A stretch of DNA of 64,000 nucleotides from the human T2T-CHM13v2.0 reference genome, Homo sapiens: the NCBI RefSeq assembly GCF_009914755.1, contig NC_060940.1; one strand, given 5' to 3'. Position numbers and translations under genes: made by a program. Under the pieces are notes generated by a model. It was not told the DNA's origin. It searched no databases and was given only the letters and a program-made list of their open reading frames with translations. Shown piece after piece: positions 1-15,600 of this stretch (its first letter is position 1; each line of letters opens with the position of its first letter).

Positions 1-347
1 GATTCCATTCGATTCCATTCGATGATGATTCCATTTGATTCCATTTGATGTTGATTCTATTCGATTCTATTCAATGATGATTCCATTCGATTTCATTTGA
101 TGATTCTATTCGATTCCTTTCGATGATTCTATTCCATTCCATTCGATGATGATTCAATTCTCTTCCATTGGATGATTCCATTTTATTCCATTCGACGATG
201 ACTCCATTTGATTCCATTCAATGATGATTCCATTCGATTCCATTCGGTGATTCCATTTGATTCCATTCGACGGTGAGCAATTTGATTCAATTCCATAATG
301 ATTCTATTTGATTCAATTAGATGATGTTTCCATTCGAATCCATTCGG

Positions 348-2032
348 TGATGATTCCATTGGTATCCATTCGACGATGATTCCATATGAGTCAATTCGAT
401 GATGATTCCATACGAGTCCGTTGGATGATAATTCCATTTGATTTCATTCAATCCTTCTATTCGATTCCATTTGATGATGATTCCATCTGAATCCATTCTC
501 CGATTCCATTCGATTTCATTCGATGCTTCTATTTGATTTCATTCGAAGATGATTCCTTTCAATTCCGTTCATTAATTCCATTTGATTCCATTCGATGATG
601 ATTCCATCCGATTCCATTGGATGATGATTCCATTCGAGTCCATTCGATGATTCCGTTCTAATCCATTCTATGATTCCATTCGAGTCCATTCGATGATTCC
701 ATTCGATTCCATTCAGTGATGATTCCATTTGATTCCATCTGATGATGATTTCATTTGATTCCATTCGATGATGATTCCATTGGAGTCCATTGAATGATTC
801 AATTCAATTCCATTCCATGTGGATTCCATTCGAATTCATTCGATTATTCCATTCAAATCCCTTCGTTGATTCCATCTGATTCCACTTGACGATGATTCCA
901 TTCAAGTCCAATCGATGATTCCATTCGGTTCCATTCAATGATTCCATTCGAGTCCATTTATGTATTATATTCGTGTCCACTTGATGACTCCATTCAATTC
1001 CATTTAATGATGATTCCATTTGATTCCATTTGATGATTCAGTTCGATTCCTTACAATGATTCCCTACGATTCCTTTCTATGATGATTCCATTCGATTCCA
1101 TTCATTGATGATTCCATTCGACTCCATTCAATGATGATTCCTTTCGATTCCATTTGACGATGTTTCCATTTGAGTCCATTCGATGATGATTCCATTGGTA
1201 TCCATTCGACGATGATTCCATATGAGTCAATTCGATGATGATTCCATACGAGTCCGTTGGATGATAATTCCATTTGATTTCATTCAATCCTTCTATTCGA
1301 TTCCATTTGATGATGATTCCATCTGAATCCATTCTCCGATTCCATTCGATTTCATTCGATGCTTCTATTTGATTTCATTCGAAGATGATTCCTTTCAATT
1401 CCATTCATTAATTCCATTTGATTCCATTCGATGATGATTCCATCCGATTCCATTGGATGATGATTCCACTCGAGTCCATTCGATGATTCCGTTCTAATCC
1501 ATTCTATGATTCCATTCGAGTCCATTCGATGATTCCATTCGATTCCATTCAGTGATGATTCCATTTGATTCCATCTGATGATGATTTCATTTGATTCCAT
1601 TCGATGATGATTCCATTGGAGTCCATTGAATGATTCAATTCAATTCCATTCCATGTGGATTCCATTCGAATTCATTCGATTATTCCATTCAAATCCCTTC
1701 GTTGATTCCATCTGATTCCACTTGACGATGATTCCATTCAAGTCCAATCGATGATTCCATTCGGTTCCATTCAATGATTCCATTCGAGTCCATTTATGTA
1801 TTATATTCGTGTCCACTTGATGACTCACTCCATTCAATTCCATTTAATGATGATTCCATTTGATTCCATTTGATGATTCAGTTCGATTCCTTACAATGAT
1901 TCCCTACGATTCCTTTCTATGATGATTCCATTCGATTCCATTCATTGATGATTCCATTCGACTCCATTCGATGATGATTCCTTTCGATTCCATTTGACGA
2001 TGTTTCCATTTGAGTCCATTCGATGATGATTC
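348..2032 (+). repeat. 836/840-bp direct tandem duplication
   Basis: GGTATCCATTCGACGATG occurs at 361 and 1197 (offset 836). ORFs 516..764 and 1352..1600 are identical. The offset becomes 840 after a 4-bp ACTC insertion at ~1826. Confidence 0.93.
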
Positions 2033-5000
2033 AATTCAGTTCTGTTCTATTATGAATCCATTCGATTTCATTCAATGCTTCTATTTGATTCCATTCGACG
2101 ATGATTCCATCTCTTTCCCTTCGATGATTCCATTTGATTCCATTCAGTGATGATTCCATTTGATTCCATCTGATGATGATTTCACTTGATTCATTTCAAT
2201 GATGATTCCATTCAAGTCCATTCGATGATTCCATTGGAGTCCAAACGATCATTCCATTCGATTCCATTCAATGATGATTCCATTCATGTCCATTCAATGA
2301 ATCCTTTCAATTCCATTCGATGATGACTCCATTCGAGTACATTCGATGATTCCATTTGATTCCATCTGATGATGATTACATTCAATTCCATTCGAAGATG
2401 ATTCCATTCAATTCCACTTGATGATGATTCCGTATGAATCCATTCGCTGATTATTCCATTCGATTCCATTCATTGACGATTCCATTCGATTCCATTCAAT
2501 GATGATTCTCTTCTATTGCATTCGATGATTCCGTTCGATTCCATTCGATGATGATTCCATTAGATTCCATTCGATTGTTGCATTCGATTCCCTTCGATGA
2601 TGATTCCTTTGAATTCCATTCGATTATGATTCCGTATGAATCCATTTGATGATTATTCCATTGGATTCCTTTCGATGATGATTCCATTCGATTCCATTTG
2701 ATGATGTTTCTCATGTATTCCATTTGATAATTCCTTTCAATTCCCTTCGATGATGATTCTTTCGAGTCAATTCGATGATTCTATTCCATTCCCTTCGATG
2801 ATGATTCCATTTCACTCCATTCGATGATTCCATTCGATTCAATTTGGTGATGATTCAATTCGATGACATTCGATGACTCCATTCAATTTCATTTGATGAT
2901 GATTACATTCGAGTCCATTTGATGATTGTATTCCTTTCCTTTTGATGATTATTCCATTCGTGTCTATTCAAAGATTCCATTCTATTCCATTCAACGATGA
3001 TTCCAATTGATTCCATTCAATGATTATGGCTATCGATTCCACTCGTTGATTCCATTTGATTCCATTCGATGATTATTCCGTTAGATTCCATTAGGAGATT
3101 CCATTCGATTTTATTCAATGATTCCAATTGATTCCATTCAATGATGATTCCATTCGACTCCATTCAGTGATTCCATTTGAGTCCATTTGATGATTCCATT
3201 CGAGTCCATTTGGTGATTCCATTCTTTTCCATTTGATGATGATTCCATTAGGGTCCATTCAATGATTCCATTCGAGTCCATTCGTTAATGCCTTTCGAGT
3301 CCTTTTGATCACTACATTCGAGTCCATTCAATGATTCTATTCGATTCCATTCCATGATGATTCCATTCGAGTTCATTCGATGATTGCATTCGAGTCCATT
3401 TGATGATTCCATAAGATTCCATTCGACAATGATTCCATTCGTGTCCATTTGATGATTCCATTCATTTCCTATCGATGAAGATTCCATTCGAGTGTATTCG
3501 ATGATTCCATTCAAATCCATTCGATGATGATTCCATTCCAGTCCATTCGATCATTCCACTTGATTCCATTTGATGACTATTCCATTCAAATCCATTTGAT
3601 GATTCCATTCGATTCCATTCGATGTTACCATTCCAGTATATACGATGATTCCACTCGATTCCATTTGATGATTATTCCATTGGAGTCGACTTAGTGAATC
3701 CTTTAGATTCTACTCGAAGATGATTCCATTCGAGTCCATTCGATGATACCATTCAATTCCATTCGTTGATGCTTCCATTCAAGTGCATTCGATGATATCA
3801 TTCGATTCCATTTGATGATAATTCCATTTGATTCCATGTGATGATTCTATTCCATTCCATTCAATGATAATTCCATTCAATTCAGTGATTCCTCTGGACT
3901 CCATTTGATGATGATTCCATTCAATGATTCCATTCGATTCTATTCGAAAATGATTCCATTTGAATCCATTTGATGATGATTCCATTCGATTCCATTTGAT
4001 GATTCCATTCGATTCCATTCGACGATGATTCCATTCGATTCCATTTGATGATTCCATTCTATTCTATTCGATGATGATTCCATTCGATTCCATTCGATGA
4101 TGATTGGATTCGATTCCATTTGATGATTTCATTTGATTCAATTCGATGATGATTTCGATCAATTCCATTCGATGATTCCATTCGATTCCATTTGATAATG
4201 ATTACATCCGAGTCCATTCGATGATTCCATTTGAGCCCGTTCGATAATTCCATTTGAGTCCAATCAATGATTCCATTCATTTCCATTCAATGATTCCATT
4301 CGAGTCCATTTGATCATTCCGGTAGGGTCCGTTCGATGTTGATTCCATTGGAGTGCCTTCGATGATTCCATTCGAGTCCATTTTAGGATTTGATTCGAGT
4401 CCTTTCGATGATTCCATTCGATTCCACTCGATGATGATTTCATTCGAGTCCATTCGACACTTCCAATCGATTCCATTTGATGTTTCCATTCGAGTCCAAT
4501 TGATGATTCCATTCAATTCCATTCGATGATGATTCCGTACGATTCCATTCTGTGATGATTCCATGTGATTGCATTCAATGATGATTCCTTTCGATTGCAT
4601 TCGATTATGATTCATTTCGTGTTCATTCTATGGTTCCACAGGTTTCACATCGTGTCCATTCCATTATTCCATTCTATTCCATTTGATGATGATTCCATTC
4701 GATTCCATTCATTGGTGATTCCACTCAATTCCATTCAATGATTCCATTCCATTTCTTTCAACAATGATTCCATTAGTTTCTAATCGATGATCCACTTGAT
4801 TCCATTTGACGATGATTCCATTCTTGTCCATTCGATGATTCCATTTGATTCCATATGATGATGATTCCATTCGATTCCACACGATGATTATTCCATTCGA
4901 GTCCATTCAATGGTGATTCCATTCAATTCCATTCGATGATTCCTTTCGATTCCATTTGATGATGATGGCATTCGATTCCTTTCAATCATTCCCTTTGATT

Positions 5001-8000
5001 CCACTCAAAGGTGATTTCATTCAAGTCCATTCGATAATTGCATTCGATTCCATTCTATGATGATTCCATTCGAGTCCATTTGATGATTCCATTCAATTCA
5101 AGTCAATGATGATTCCATTCGATTCCATTCGATGATTCCATTGGATTCCATTCGATGATGATTCCATTCAAATCCATTCGATAATTCAATTCACGTCCAT
5201 TCGATGATGATTCCAATCGAATCCATTCAAAGATTCCATTCAATTCCATTCGATGATTCCCTTAGATTCCATTCGATGATTCCACTTGATTCCATTTACG
5301 ATGATTCCATTCGATTCCATGTGATGATTCCATTCAATTCTATTCAATGATGTTTCCATTTGATTCCATTCGACCATGATTGCCTTTGATTCCATTCAAT
5401 GATTCCATTCGGTTCCGTTTGATGATGATTCCGTTCGATTCCATTTGATGATTCCATTTGATTCCATTGGATGAGTCCATTCGATTACATTCGATGATTA
5501 TTCCATTCGAGTGCATTAGATGATTCCATTCGAGTCCATTCGATGATTCCATTCGAGTCCATTCAATGATTCCATTCGATTCCATTCGATGTTGATTCTG
5601 TTCAAATCCATTCGATGATTCCACTCGATTCCATTCGATGACTCCATTTGATCCCATTCGATGATTTCCTTTGATTCCCTTTGATGATCATTCCATTTGA
5701 TTCAATTCGGTGATTTCATTTGATTCCATTCAGTGATGTTTCCATTCGACTCCATTCGATGATGATTCCATTCGACTACATTCGATTATGATTTCATTCA
5801 ATTCCATTCGATAAAGATTCCCTTCGAGTCCAAACTATGATTCCATTCGATTCCATTCAACGATGATTTGATTCGTGTCCATTCGATGATTCCATTTGAT
5901 TCCACTTGATGAGGATTCCACTCGAGTCCATTTGATGATTCCATTCAATTCCATTCTCCGATGATTTCTTTTGAGCCCATTCAATGCTTCCACTCGATTA
6001 CATATGATGATGACTCCATTCGATGAAACTCGATGATGATTCCATTCGCTTGCATTCGATGATGATTCCACTTGAGTCCGTTAGAAGATTCTATTCAATT
6101 ACATTCCATGACGATTCTGTTCGAGTCCATTTGATGATTCCATTACACTCCATTCGACAATGATTCCATTCAATGTTATTCGATGATTCCATTCGATCTC
6201 ATTCGATGATGATTCCATTCAAGTCCATTCGATGTTTCCATTCGAGTTCATTCTATTATTCCATTAGATTCCATTCGATGATGATTCCATTCGATTCCAT
6301 TTGATGATTGCATTCTATTTCATTTGATGATGATTCCATTCGAGTCCATTCGATGATTCCATTCGAGTCCATTTAATGAATCCATTGGTTTCAATTCTAT
6401 GATGATTATATTGGATTCCATTCGTTGATGATTTCATTCGATTCCATTCAATGATGATTCCATTCAATTCCATTCAATGATTCCATTCAATTCCATACGA
6501 TGATGATTCCATTTGATTTGATTCGACAGTGAGCCATTCGATTCAATTCCATGATGATTCTGTTTGATTCACTTGGTTGACATTTCCATTCGATTCCATT
6601 CGATGATGATTCCATTTGATTCCATTCAAAGATGATTCCATTCTAGCCCATTCAATCATTCCATTCGATTCTATTCAATGATGATTCCATTCATGTCGAT
6701 TTGGTGATTCCATTTGATTTCATTTGATGATGATTCCTTTCAAGTTCATTAGATGATTCCATTCGATTCCATTTGATGATGATCCCATTCGAGTCCATTC
6801 AGTGATTCCACTCGTTTCCATTCCATGATGATTCCATTCCATTCCATTCAATGATTCCATTCGATTCCGTTTGATGATGATTTCATTCGAGTCCATTTGA
6901 TGATTCCATTTGATTCCATTCGATGATGATTCCATTCGAGTCCATTCGATGATTCTATTCGAATCCATTTGATGATTTCTTTTGATTATATTTGGTGATG
7001 ATTCCATTGGAGTCCATTCAATGATTCCATTCGATTCCAATCGATGGTGGTTCCATTAGAGTCCATTTAATGATTCCATTTGATTCCAGTCTCTGATGTT
7101 TACATTCGAGTCCATACGATGATTCCACTCAATTCCATATGATGATGATTCCATTCGATTCCATTCGATGATTCCATTCTATTCTATTCAATGGTGATTC
7201 CATTCGAGTACATTAGATGATTCCATTCGATTCCATTCAATGATGATTCTATTTGTGTCCCTTAGATGATTCCACATGATTCCATTAGATGATGATACTA
7301 TTTGAGCCCATCCAATGATTCCCTTCGATTCCATTCGATGAGGATTCCATTCGATTCAATTCATTGGTGATTCTATTCAATTCAATTCTTTGATTCAATT
7401 CCATTCCATTCGACAATGATTCCATTCGATTTCTTTCGATGATTCCACTCAATTTCACTTGACATTGATTCCATTCGATTCCATTCAATGATTCCATTTG
7501 ATTCCAGTGGATGATGATTGCCGTCGATTCCATTCGATCACTCCATTCTGTTCCATTTGATGATGATTACATTCGATTCCATTTGATGATTCCATCTGAT
7601 TCTATTCGAGGATTCCATTTGATTCCATTCGATGATGATTCCATTCGAGTCCATTCGATGGTTTCATTCGAGTACATCCAATGATTCCATTCGAGTCCAT
7701 TTGATGATTCCATTTCATTCCATTTGATTATGATTCTACTAGAGTCCATTCAATGACTCCATTCGAGTCCATTCAACAGTTCCATCCGAGTCCATTCGAT
7801 GATTCCATTCGATTCCATTTGATGATTCCATTCGAGTCCATTTAATCATTACAGTCGAGTCCATTTGGTGATTCCACTGGATTTCTTTTGATAATGATAC
7901 CATTCAATTACATTTGATGATGATCCCATTCAATTTCATTTGATGATGATTCCATTAGAGTCCATTCCCTGATTTCATTCGAGTCCCTTCATTGATTCCA

Positions 8001-9579
8001 TCCGATTTCATTCCATGATGACTCCATTCGAGTCCATTCGATGATTCCACTCGATTCCTTTAGATGATTCCATTGGAGTCCATTTGATTGTTCCATTCGA
8101 TTCCATTCGATTCCTTTCGAAGATTATTCCATTTGAGTCCATTCGATGATGATTCCATTCCATTCCATTCGATGATTCCGTTTGATTCCATTCGATGATT
8201 CCCTGCGATTCCTTTCTATGATGATTCCATTCCATTCCATTCAATGATTCCATTCGAATGTATTCCATGATGATTCCTTTCGATTCCATTCGCTGATGTT
8301 TCCGTTCAATTCCATTCGATGATGATTCCATTCGATTCCATTCATTGAGGATTCCATTGGATTCCATTCAATGATGATTCCATTCTATTCCATTCAATGA
8401 TTGCATTCAATTCCATTCAATGATTATGCCATTAGAGTAAATTCAACGATTCCATTCAATACCATTCGATGATGATTCCTTTTGAGTCCATTCAATGATT
8501 TCATTCAAGTCCATTTGATGATTCCTTTCAATTCCATTCCATGATGATTCCATTCGAGTCCATTCGATGATTCCATTCGATTGCATTCGATGATTCCATT
8601 ATATTCCATTCAACGATGATTCCATTCGAGTCCATTCGATGATTCCATTAGAGTACATTTAATGATTGCTTTGTTTTCAATTCGAAGATGATTACATTGG
8701 ATTCCATTCTATGATTCCATTCGATTGCATTCATTGATGATTCCACCCAATTCCATTCGATGATGATTCCATTCGATTTCAATGATTCTACTCGATTCCA
8801 TTCAATGATGATTCAATTCTATTCCGTTTGATGATTCCATTAGATTCCATTCTATGATGATTCCATTCGAGTCCATTCGAAGATTTCATTCGATTACATT
8901 CCATGACGATTCCATTCGAGTCCATTCGATGATTCCATTTGAATCCATTCGACGATGATTCCATTTGATGCTATTCGATGATTCCATTGGATTCCATTCG
9001 ATGATGATTCCATTCGACTTGATTTGATGTTTCTATTTGAGTCCATTCGGTTATTTTATTAGACTACATTCGATGATGATTCCATTCGATGCCATTCAAT
9101 GATTCCATTTGATTCCACTCAATGATGATTGCATTCGTGTCCATTCGATGATTCCATTTGGTTCCATTTGATGATGATTCCATTCGAGTCCATTCGATGA
9201 TACCATTCAATTCCATTCGATGATCATTCCATTCGAATCCATTTGATGATTCCACTCAATTCCATTTGATGACTCCTTTCATTCCCATTCGATGATTCCC
9301 TTCAGTTCCAATTGGATGATCTTTCCATTTGATTCAATATGGTGACTCCATTCTATTATATTCAATGATGATTCCATTCGACTCCATTAGATGATGACTC
9401 CATTCCGTTCCATTCGATTGTGATTTCATTCGATTCCATTCGAAGATGATTCCATTCGAGTCCATTTGATGATTCCATTCGATTCCATTCAATGATGATT
9501 CCACTCAAATCCATTGGATGATTCCATTCGTTTCCAATTGGTGATTTCATTAGATTCCATTCGAGGATGATTCTATTCG

Positions 9580-11590
9580 AGTCCATTCAATGATTCCATT
9601 GGATTCCGTTTGATAATGATTCCATTAGAGTTCATTCGATGATTCCCTTCGAGTCCATTCGATTATTTCTTTTGATTCCATTTGATGATGATTCCATTCG
9701 ATTCCATTCAATGATTCCATTCCATTCCATTCGATGATGATTCCATTCGATAATGATTACATTCGAGCCCATGTGATGATTCCATTAGATTCTATTCAAT
9801 GATGATTCCATTCGACCACATTCGATGATGGCATTCGAGTCCATTCGATGATTTCACTCGATTCCACTTGATGATGATTCCTTTTGAGTCCATTTGATGA
9901 TTACATTCGAGTCCATGAGATGACTCCATTCGATTCCATTTCATGATGATGCAATTCGAGGCTATTCGATCATCCCATTTTAGTGCATTCGGTGATTCTC
10001 TTTTATTACATTCGATGAGGGCTCCATTCGAGTCCATTCAATGATTCCATTAGATTCCACTCGATGATGATTCCATTTGAGTCCATTCAAAGATTCCTTT
10101 CGAGTCCATTCGATAATTCTATTGGATTCCACTAGGTGATGATTCCTTTCGAGTCAATTCGATGATTCCTTTCAAGTGCCTTCAATGATTCCATTCGATT
10201 CCATTCGATGACGATTCATTTCAAGTCCATTCAATGGTTCCATTCTGTTGAATTTGATGGTTCCATTTGATTCCATTCGATGATGATTCCATTCGTGTCC
10301 ATTGGATGATTCCATTCGATTCCTTTCGAGGAAGATTCCATTCGACTCCATTCGATGATTCCGTTCGATTCCATTCCATGATGATTCCATTTGATTCCAT
10401 TCCATGATTCCATTCGATACCATTCGATGATGATTCCATTCGACTCCATTTGATGAATCCATTCAATGCTTCCATTCGAGTCCATTCGATGATTCCATTC
10501 GATTCCATTCCATGAAGATTCCATTCGAGTACATTTGATGATTCCATTTAATTCCATAGGATGATGATTCTATTAGGGTCCGTTGACTATTCCATTCAAT
10601 TCCATTCGAAGATTCCATTCGAGTCCACTCGATGATTCTATTTGATTCCATTTGATAATTCCATTCGATTCCATTTGATGTTGATTCCATTCGAGTCCAT
10701 TCGATCATTATTACATTTGATTCTATTCGATGATTCCATTCGATTCCATTTGATGAGGATTCCATTCGAGACCATTTGATGATTCCATTCAATTCCATTG
10801 GATGATTCCAATATTTTCCATTAGATGATGATTCCATTCGATTCCATTCAATGATGATTCCATCAGAATCCATTCGATGATGACTCCTTTTGCTTCCATT
10901 CAATGATCATTACATTCGGTTCCATTCGATGATGATTCCTTTGGATTCCATTCGATGATGCTTCCATTCGATTCCATTTGATGATGATTCTTTTCGATTC
11001 CATTTGATGATGATTCCATTTGATTCCATTCGATGGTGATTCCATTTGATGATTCCATTCGATTGTATTCGATGATGATTCCACTCGATTCTATTTGATG
11101 ATGACTGCATTCGATTCCATTTGATGATTCCATTTGATTCCATTCGATGATGATTCTGATCAATTGCATTCGATGATCCATTCGATTCCATTTGATGGTT
11201 CCATTTGATTCCATTTGATAATGATTCCTTTCGAGTCCATTCGATGATTCCATTTGCGGATATTCGATAATTCCATTTGAGTCCAACCGATGATTCCATT
11301 CGAGGCCATTCAATCATTCTTTTTGAGTCCTTTCGATAAAGATTCCATTTTAGTCCATTCAATAATTCCACTGGAGTCCATTCGATGATTGCTTTTAATT
11401 CCATTCGATGATATTCCATTCGAGTCCATTCGATGATTCCATTCGTTGCTATTAGATGATGATTCCATTCATGACCATTTGGTGATTCCATTCGATTTCA
11501 TTCGTTGATGATTCCATTCGAGTCCATTCCATGATTCCATTCAAGTCCATTTGATGATTTCTTTGAATTCAATTCGATGATGATTCCATT
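9580..11590 (+). repeat. HSat2 segment with no close paralog elsewhere in the window
   Basis: ORF markers 9792-11491 have no near-identical counterpart in the track. Distinctive words (e.g. GATGAGGGCTCCATT ~10015, TTTGCGGATATTCG ~11253) were not seen again. Confidence 0.75.
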
Positions 11591-12660
11591 CGAGTCCATT
11601 CGATGATTCCATTCAGTTCCATTCGATGATGATTCCTTTCGAGACCATATGATGATTCCATTTGATTTCATTCGATGATGATTCCATTCGATTCCATTCG
11701 ATGATTCCATTCTATTCCATTCGATGATGATTCCATTCGAGTCCATTTAATGATTCCATTGGGTTCAATTCAATGATGATTACATTGGATTCTCTTCTAT
11801 GATACCATTCAATTCCGTTCATTGACAATTTGATTCCATTCGATGATGATTCCATTTGAGTTCATTCGATGATTCTATTCGATTCTCTTCGATGGTGATT
11901 CAATTCTATTATATTGGATGATTCCATTCGATTCCATTTGATGTTGATTCAATTCGATTCTATTCGATGATGATTCCATTGGATTTCATTTGATGATTCT
12001 ATTCGATTCCATTCAATGATGATTCACTTCTCGTCCATTGGATGATTCCATTTCATTCCATTCGATGATGATTCCATTCGATTCCATTCGATGATTCCAT
12101 TTGATTCCATTCGACGGTGAGCAATTCGATTCAATTCCATGATGATTCTATTTGATTCAGTTAGATGATGTTTCCATTCGAATCCATTCCATGATTATTC
12201 CATTGGAATCCATTCGGCGATGATTCCATATGAGTCAATTCAATGATGCTTCCATATGGGTCAGTTCGATGATAATTCCATTTGATTTCATTCGATGCTT
12301 CTATTCAATTCCAGTCGATGATGATTCCGTTGGAGTCCATACGATGACTCCATTTGATTTCATTTGATGATGATTCCATTCGATTCCATTCGATGACTCC
12401 ATTCTGTTCCATTCGATGATGATTCCATTCGAGTCCATTCGATGATTCCATTCGAGTCCATTTCATGATTCCATTGGGTTCAATTCGATGATGATTACAC
12501 TGGATTCCATTCTATGATTCCATTCAATTCCATTCGTTGATGATTCGATTCCATTCAATGATGATTCCATTTGAGTTCATTCGATGATTCTATTCGATTC
12601 CGTTCGATGGTGATTCAATTCTATTATATTGGATGATTCCATTCGATTCCATTTGATGAT

Positions 12661-15600
12661 GATTCCATTCGATTCCATTCGATGATGATTCCATTTGATT
12701 CCATTTGATGTTGATTCTATTCGATTCTATTCAATGATGATTCCATTCGATTTCATTTGATGATTCTATTCGATTCCTTTCGATGATTCTATTCCATTCC
12801 ATTCGATGATGATTCAATTCTCTTCCATTGGATGATTCCATTTTATTCCATTCGACGATGACTCCATTTGATTCCATTCAATGATGATTCCATTCGATTC
12901 CATTCGGTGATTCCATTTGATTCCATTCGACGGTGAGCAATTTGATTCAATTCCATAATGATTCTATTTGATTCAATTAGATGATGTTTCCATTCGAATC
13001 CATTCGGTGATGATTCCATTGGTATCCATTCGACGATGATTCCATATGAGTCAATTCGATGATGATTCCATACGAGTCCGTTGGATGATAATTCCATTTG
13101 ATTTCATTCAATCCTTCTATTCGATTCCACTTGATGATGATTCCATCTGAATCCATTCTCCGATTCCATTCGATTTCATTCGATGCTTCTATTTGATTTC
13201 ATTCGAAGATGATTCCTTTCAATTCCGTTCATTAATTCCATTTGATTCCATTCGATGATGATTCCATCCGATTCCATTGGATGATGATTCCATTCGAGTC
13301 CATTCGATGATTCCGTTCTAATCCATTCTATGATTCCATTCGAGTCCATTCGATGATTCCATTCGATTCCATTCAGTGATGATTCCATTTGATTCCATCT
13401 GATGATGATTTCATTTGATTCCATTCGATGATGATTCCATTGGAGTCCATTGAATGATTCAATTCAATTCCATTCCATGTGGATTCCATTCGAATTCATT
13501 CGATTATTCCATTCAAATCCCTTCGTTGATTCCATCTGATTCCACTTGACGATGATTCCATTCAAGTCCAATCGATGATTCCATTCGGTTCCATTCAATG
13601 ATTCCATTCGAGTCCATTTATGTATTATATTCGTGTCCACTTGATGACTCACTCCATTCAATTCCATTTAATGATGATTCCATTTGATTCCATTTGATGA
13701 TTCAGTTCGATTCCTTACAATGATTCCCTACGATTCCTTTCTATGATGATTCCATTCGATTCCATTCATTGATGATTCCATTCGACTCCATTCGATGATG
13801 ATTCCTTTCGATTCCATTTGACGATGTTTCCATTTGAGTCCATTCGATGATGATTCAATTCAGTTCTGTTCTATTGTGAATCCATTCGATTTCATTCAAT
13901 GCTTCTATTTGATTCCATTCGACGATGATTCCATCTCTTTCCCTTCGATGATTCCATTTGATTCCATTCAGTGATGATTCCATTTGATTCCATCTGATGA
14001 TGATTTCACTTGATTCATTTCAATGATGATTCCATTCAAGTCCATTCGATGATTCCATTGGAGTCCAAACGATCATTCCATTCGATTCCATTCAATGATG
14101 ATTCCATTCATGTCCATTCAATGAATCCTTTCAATTCCATTCGATGATGACTCCATTCGAGTACATTCGATGATTCCATTTGATTCCATTTGATGATGAT
14201 TACATTCAATTCCATTCGAAGATGATTCCATTCAATTCCACTTGATGATGATTCCGTATGAATCCATTCGCTGATTATTCCATTCGATTCCATTCATTGA
14301 CGATTCCATTCGATTCCATTCAATGATGATTCTCTTCTATTGCATTCGATGATTCCGTTCGATTCCATTCGATGATGATTCCATTAGATTCCATTCGATT
14401 GTTGCATTCGATTCCCTTCGATGATGATTCCTTTGAATTCCATTCGATTATGATTCCGTATGAATCCATTTGATGATTATTCCATTGGATTCCTTTCGAT
14501 GATGATTCCATTCGATTCCATTTGATGATGTTTCTCATGTATTCCATTTGATAATTCCTTTCAATTCCCTTCGATGATGATTCTTTCGAGTCAATTCGAT
14601 GATTCTATTCCATTCCCTTCGATGATGATTCCATTTCACTCCATTCGATGATTCCATTCGATTCAATTTGGTGATGATTCAATTCGATGACATTCGATGA
14701 CTCCATTCAATTTCATTTGATGATGATTACATTCGAGTCCATTTGATGATTGTATTCCTTTCCTTTTGATGATTATTCCATTCGTGTCTATTCAAAGATT
14801 CCATTCTATTCCATTCAATGATGATTCCAATTGATTCCATTCAATGATTATGGCTATCGATTCCACTCGTTGATTCCATTTGATTCCATTCGATGATTAT
14901 TCCGTTAGATTCCATTAGGAGATTCCATTCGATTTTATTCAATGATTCCAATTGATTCCATTCAATGATGATTCCATTCCACTCCGTTCAGTGATTCCAT
15001 TTGAGTCCATTTGAGGATTCCATTCGAGTCCATTTGATGATTCCATTCTTTTCCATTTGATGATGATTCCATTAGGGTCCATTCAATGATTCCATTCGAG
15101 TCCATTCGTTAATGCCTTTCGAGTCCTTTTGATCACTACATTCGAGTCCATTCAATGATTCTATTCGATTCCATTCCATGATGATTCCATTCGAGTTCAT
15201 TCGATGATTGCATTCGAGTCCATTTGATGATTCCATATGATTCCATTCGACAATGATTCCATTCGTGTCCATTTGATGATTCCATTCATTTCCTATCGAT
15301 GAAGATTCCATTCGAGTGTATTCGATGATTCCATTCAAATCCATTCGATGATGATTCCATTCCAGTCCATTCGATCATTCCACTTGATTCCATTTGATGA
15401 CTATTCCATTCAAATCCATTTGATGATTCCATTCGATTCCATTCGATGTTACCATTCCAGTATATACGATGATTCCACTCGATTCCATTTGATGATTATT
15501 CCATTGGAGTCGACTTAGTGAATCCTTTAGATTCTACTCGAAGATGATTCCATTCGAGTCCATTCGATGATACCATTCAATTCCATTCGTTGATGCTTCC

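Larger units (their letters stand above)
1..12660 (+). repeat. ~11.8-kb higher-order unit, copy 1 (12,660 bp including an extra 836-bp internal duplication; phase set arbitrarily by the window start)
   Basis: Sequence at 1 recurs essentially verbatim at 12661. Marker ORF offsets: 183->12843 and 516->13176 (12660); 1640->13464, 2284->14108 and 3248->15072 (11824); 4709->16538 (11829); 6720->18526 and 9064->20870 (11806). Confidence 0.93.

Noticed and set aside
4310-4660. Atypical words (CCGGTAGGGTCCGTTCG, GGTTCCACAGGTTTC) as possible foreign insertions
   Set aside because: They stay in register with the monomer and are explainable as clustered substitutions. There is no target-site duplication, poly(A) tail or Alu/L1 similarity.
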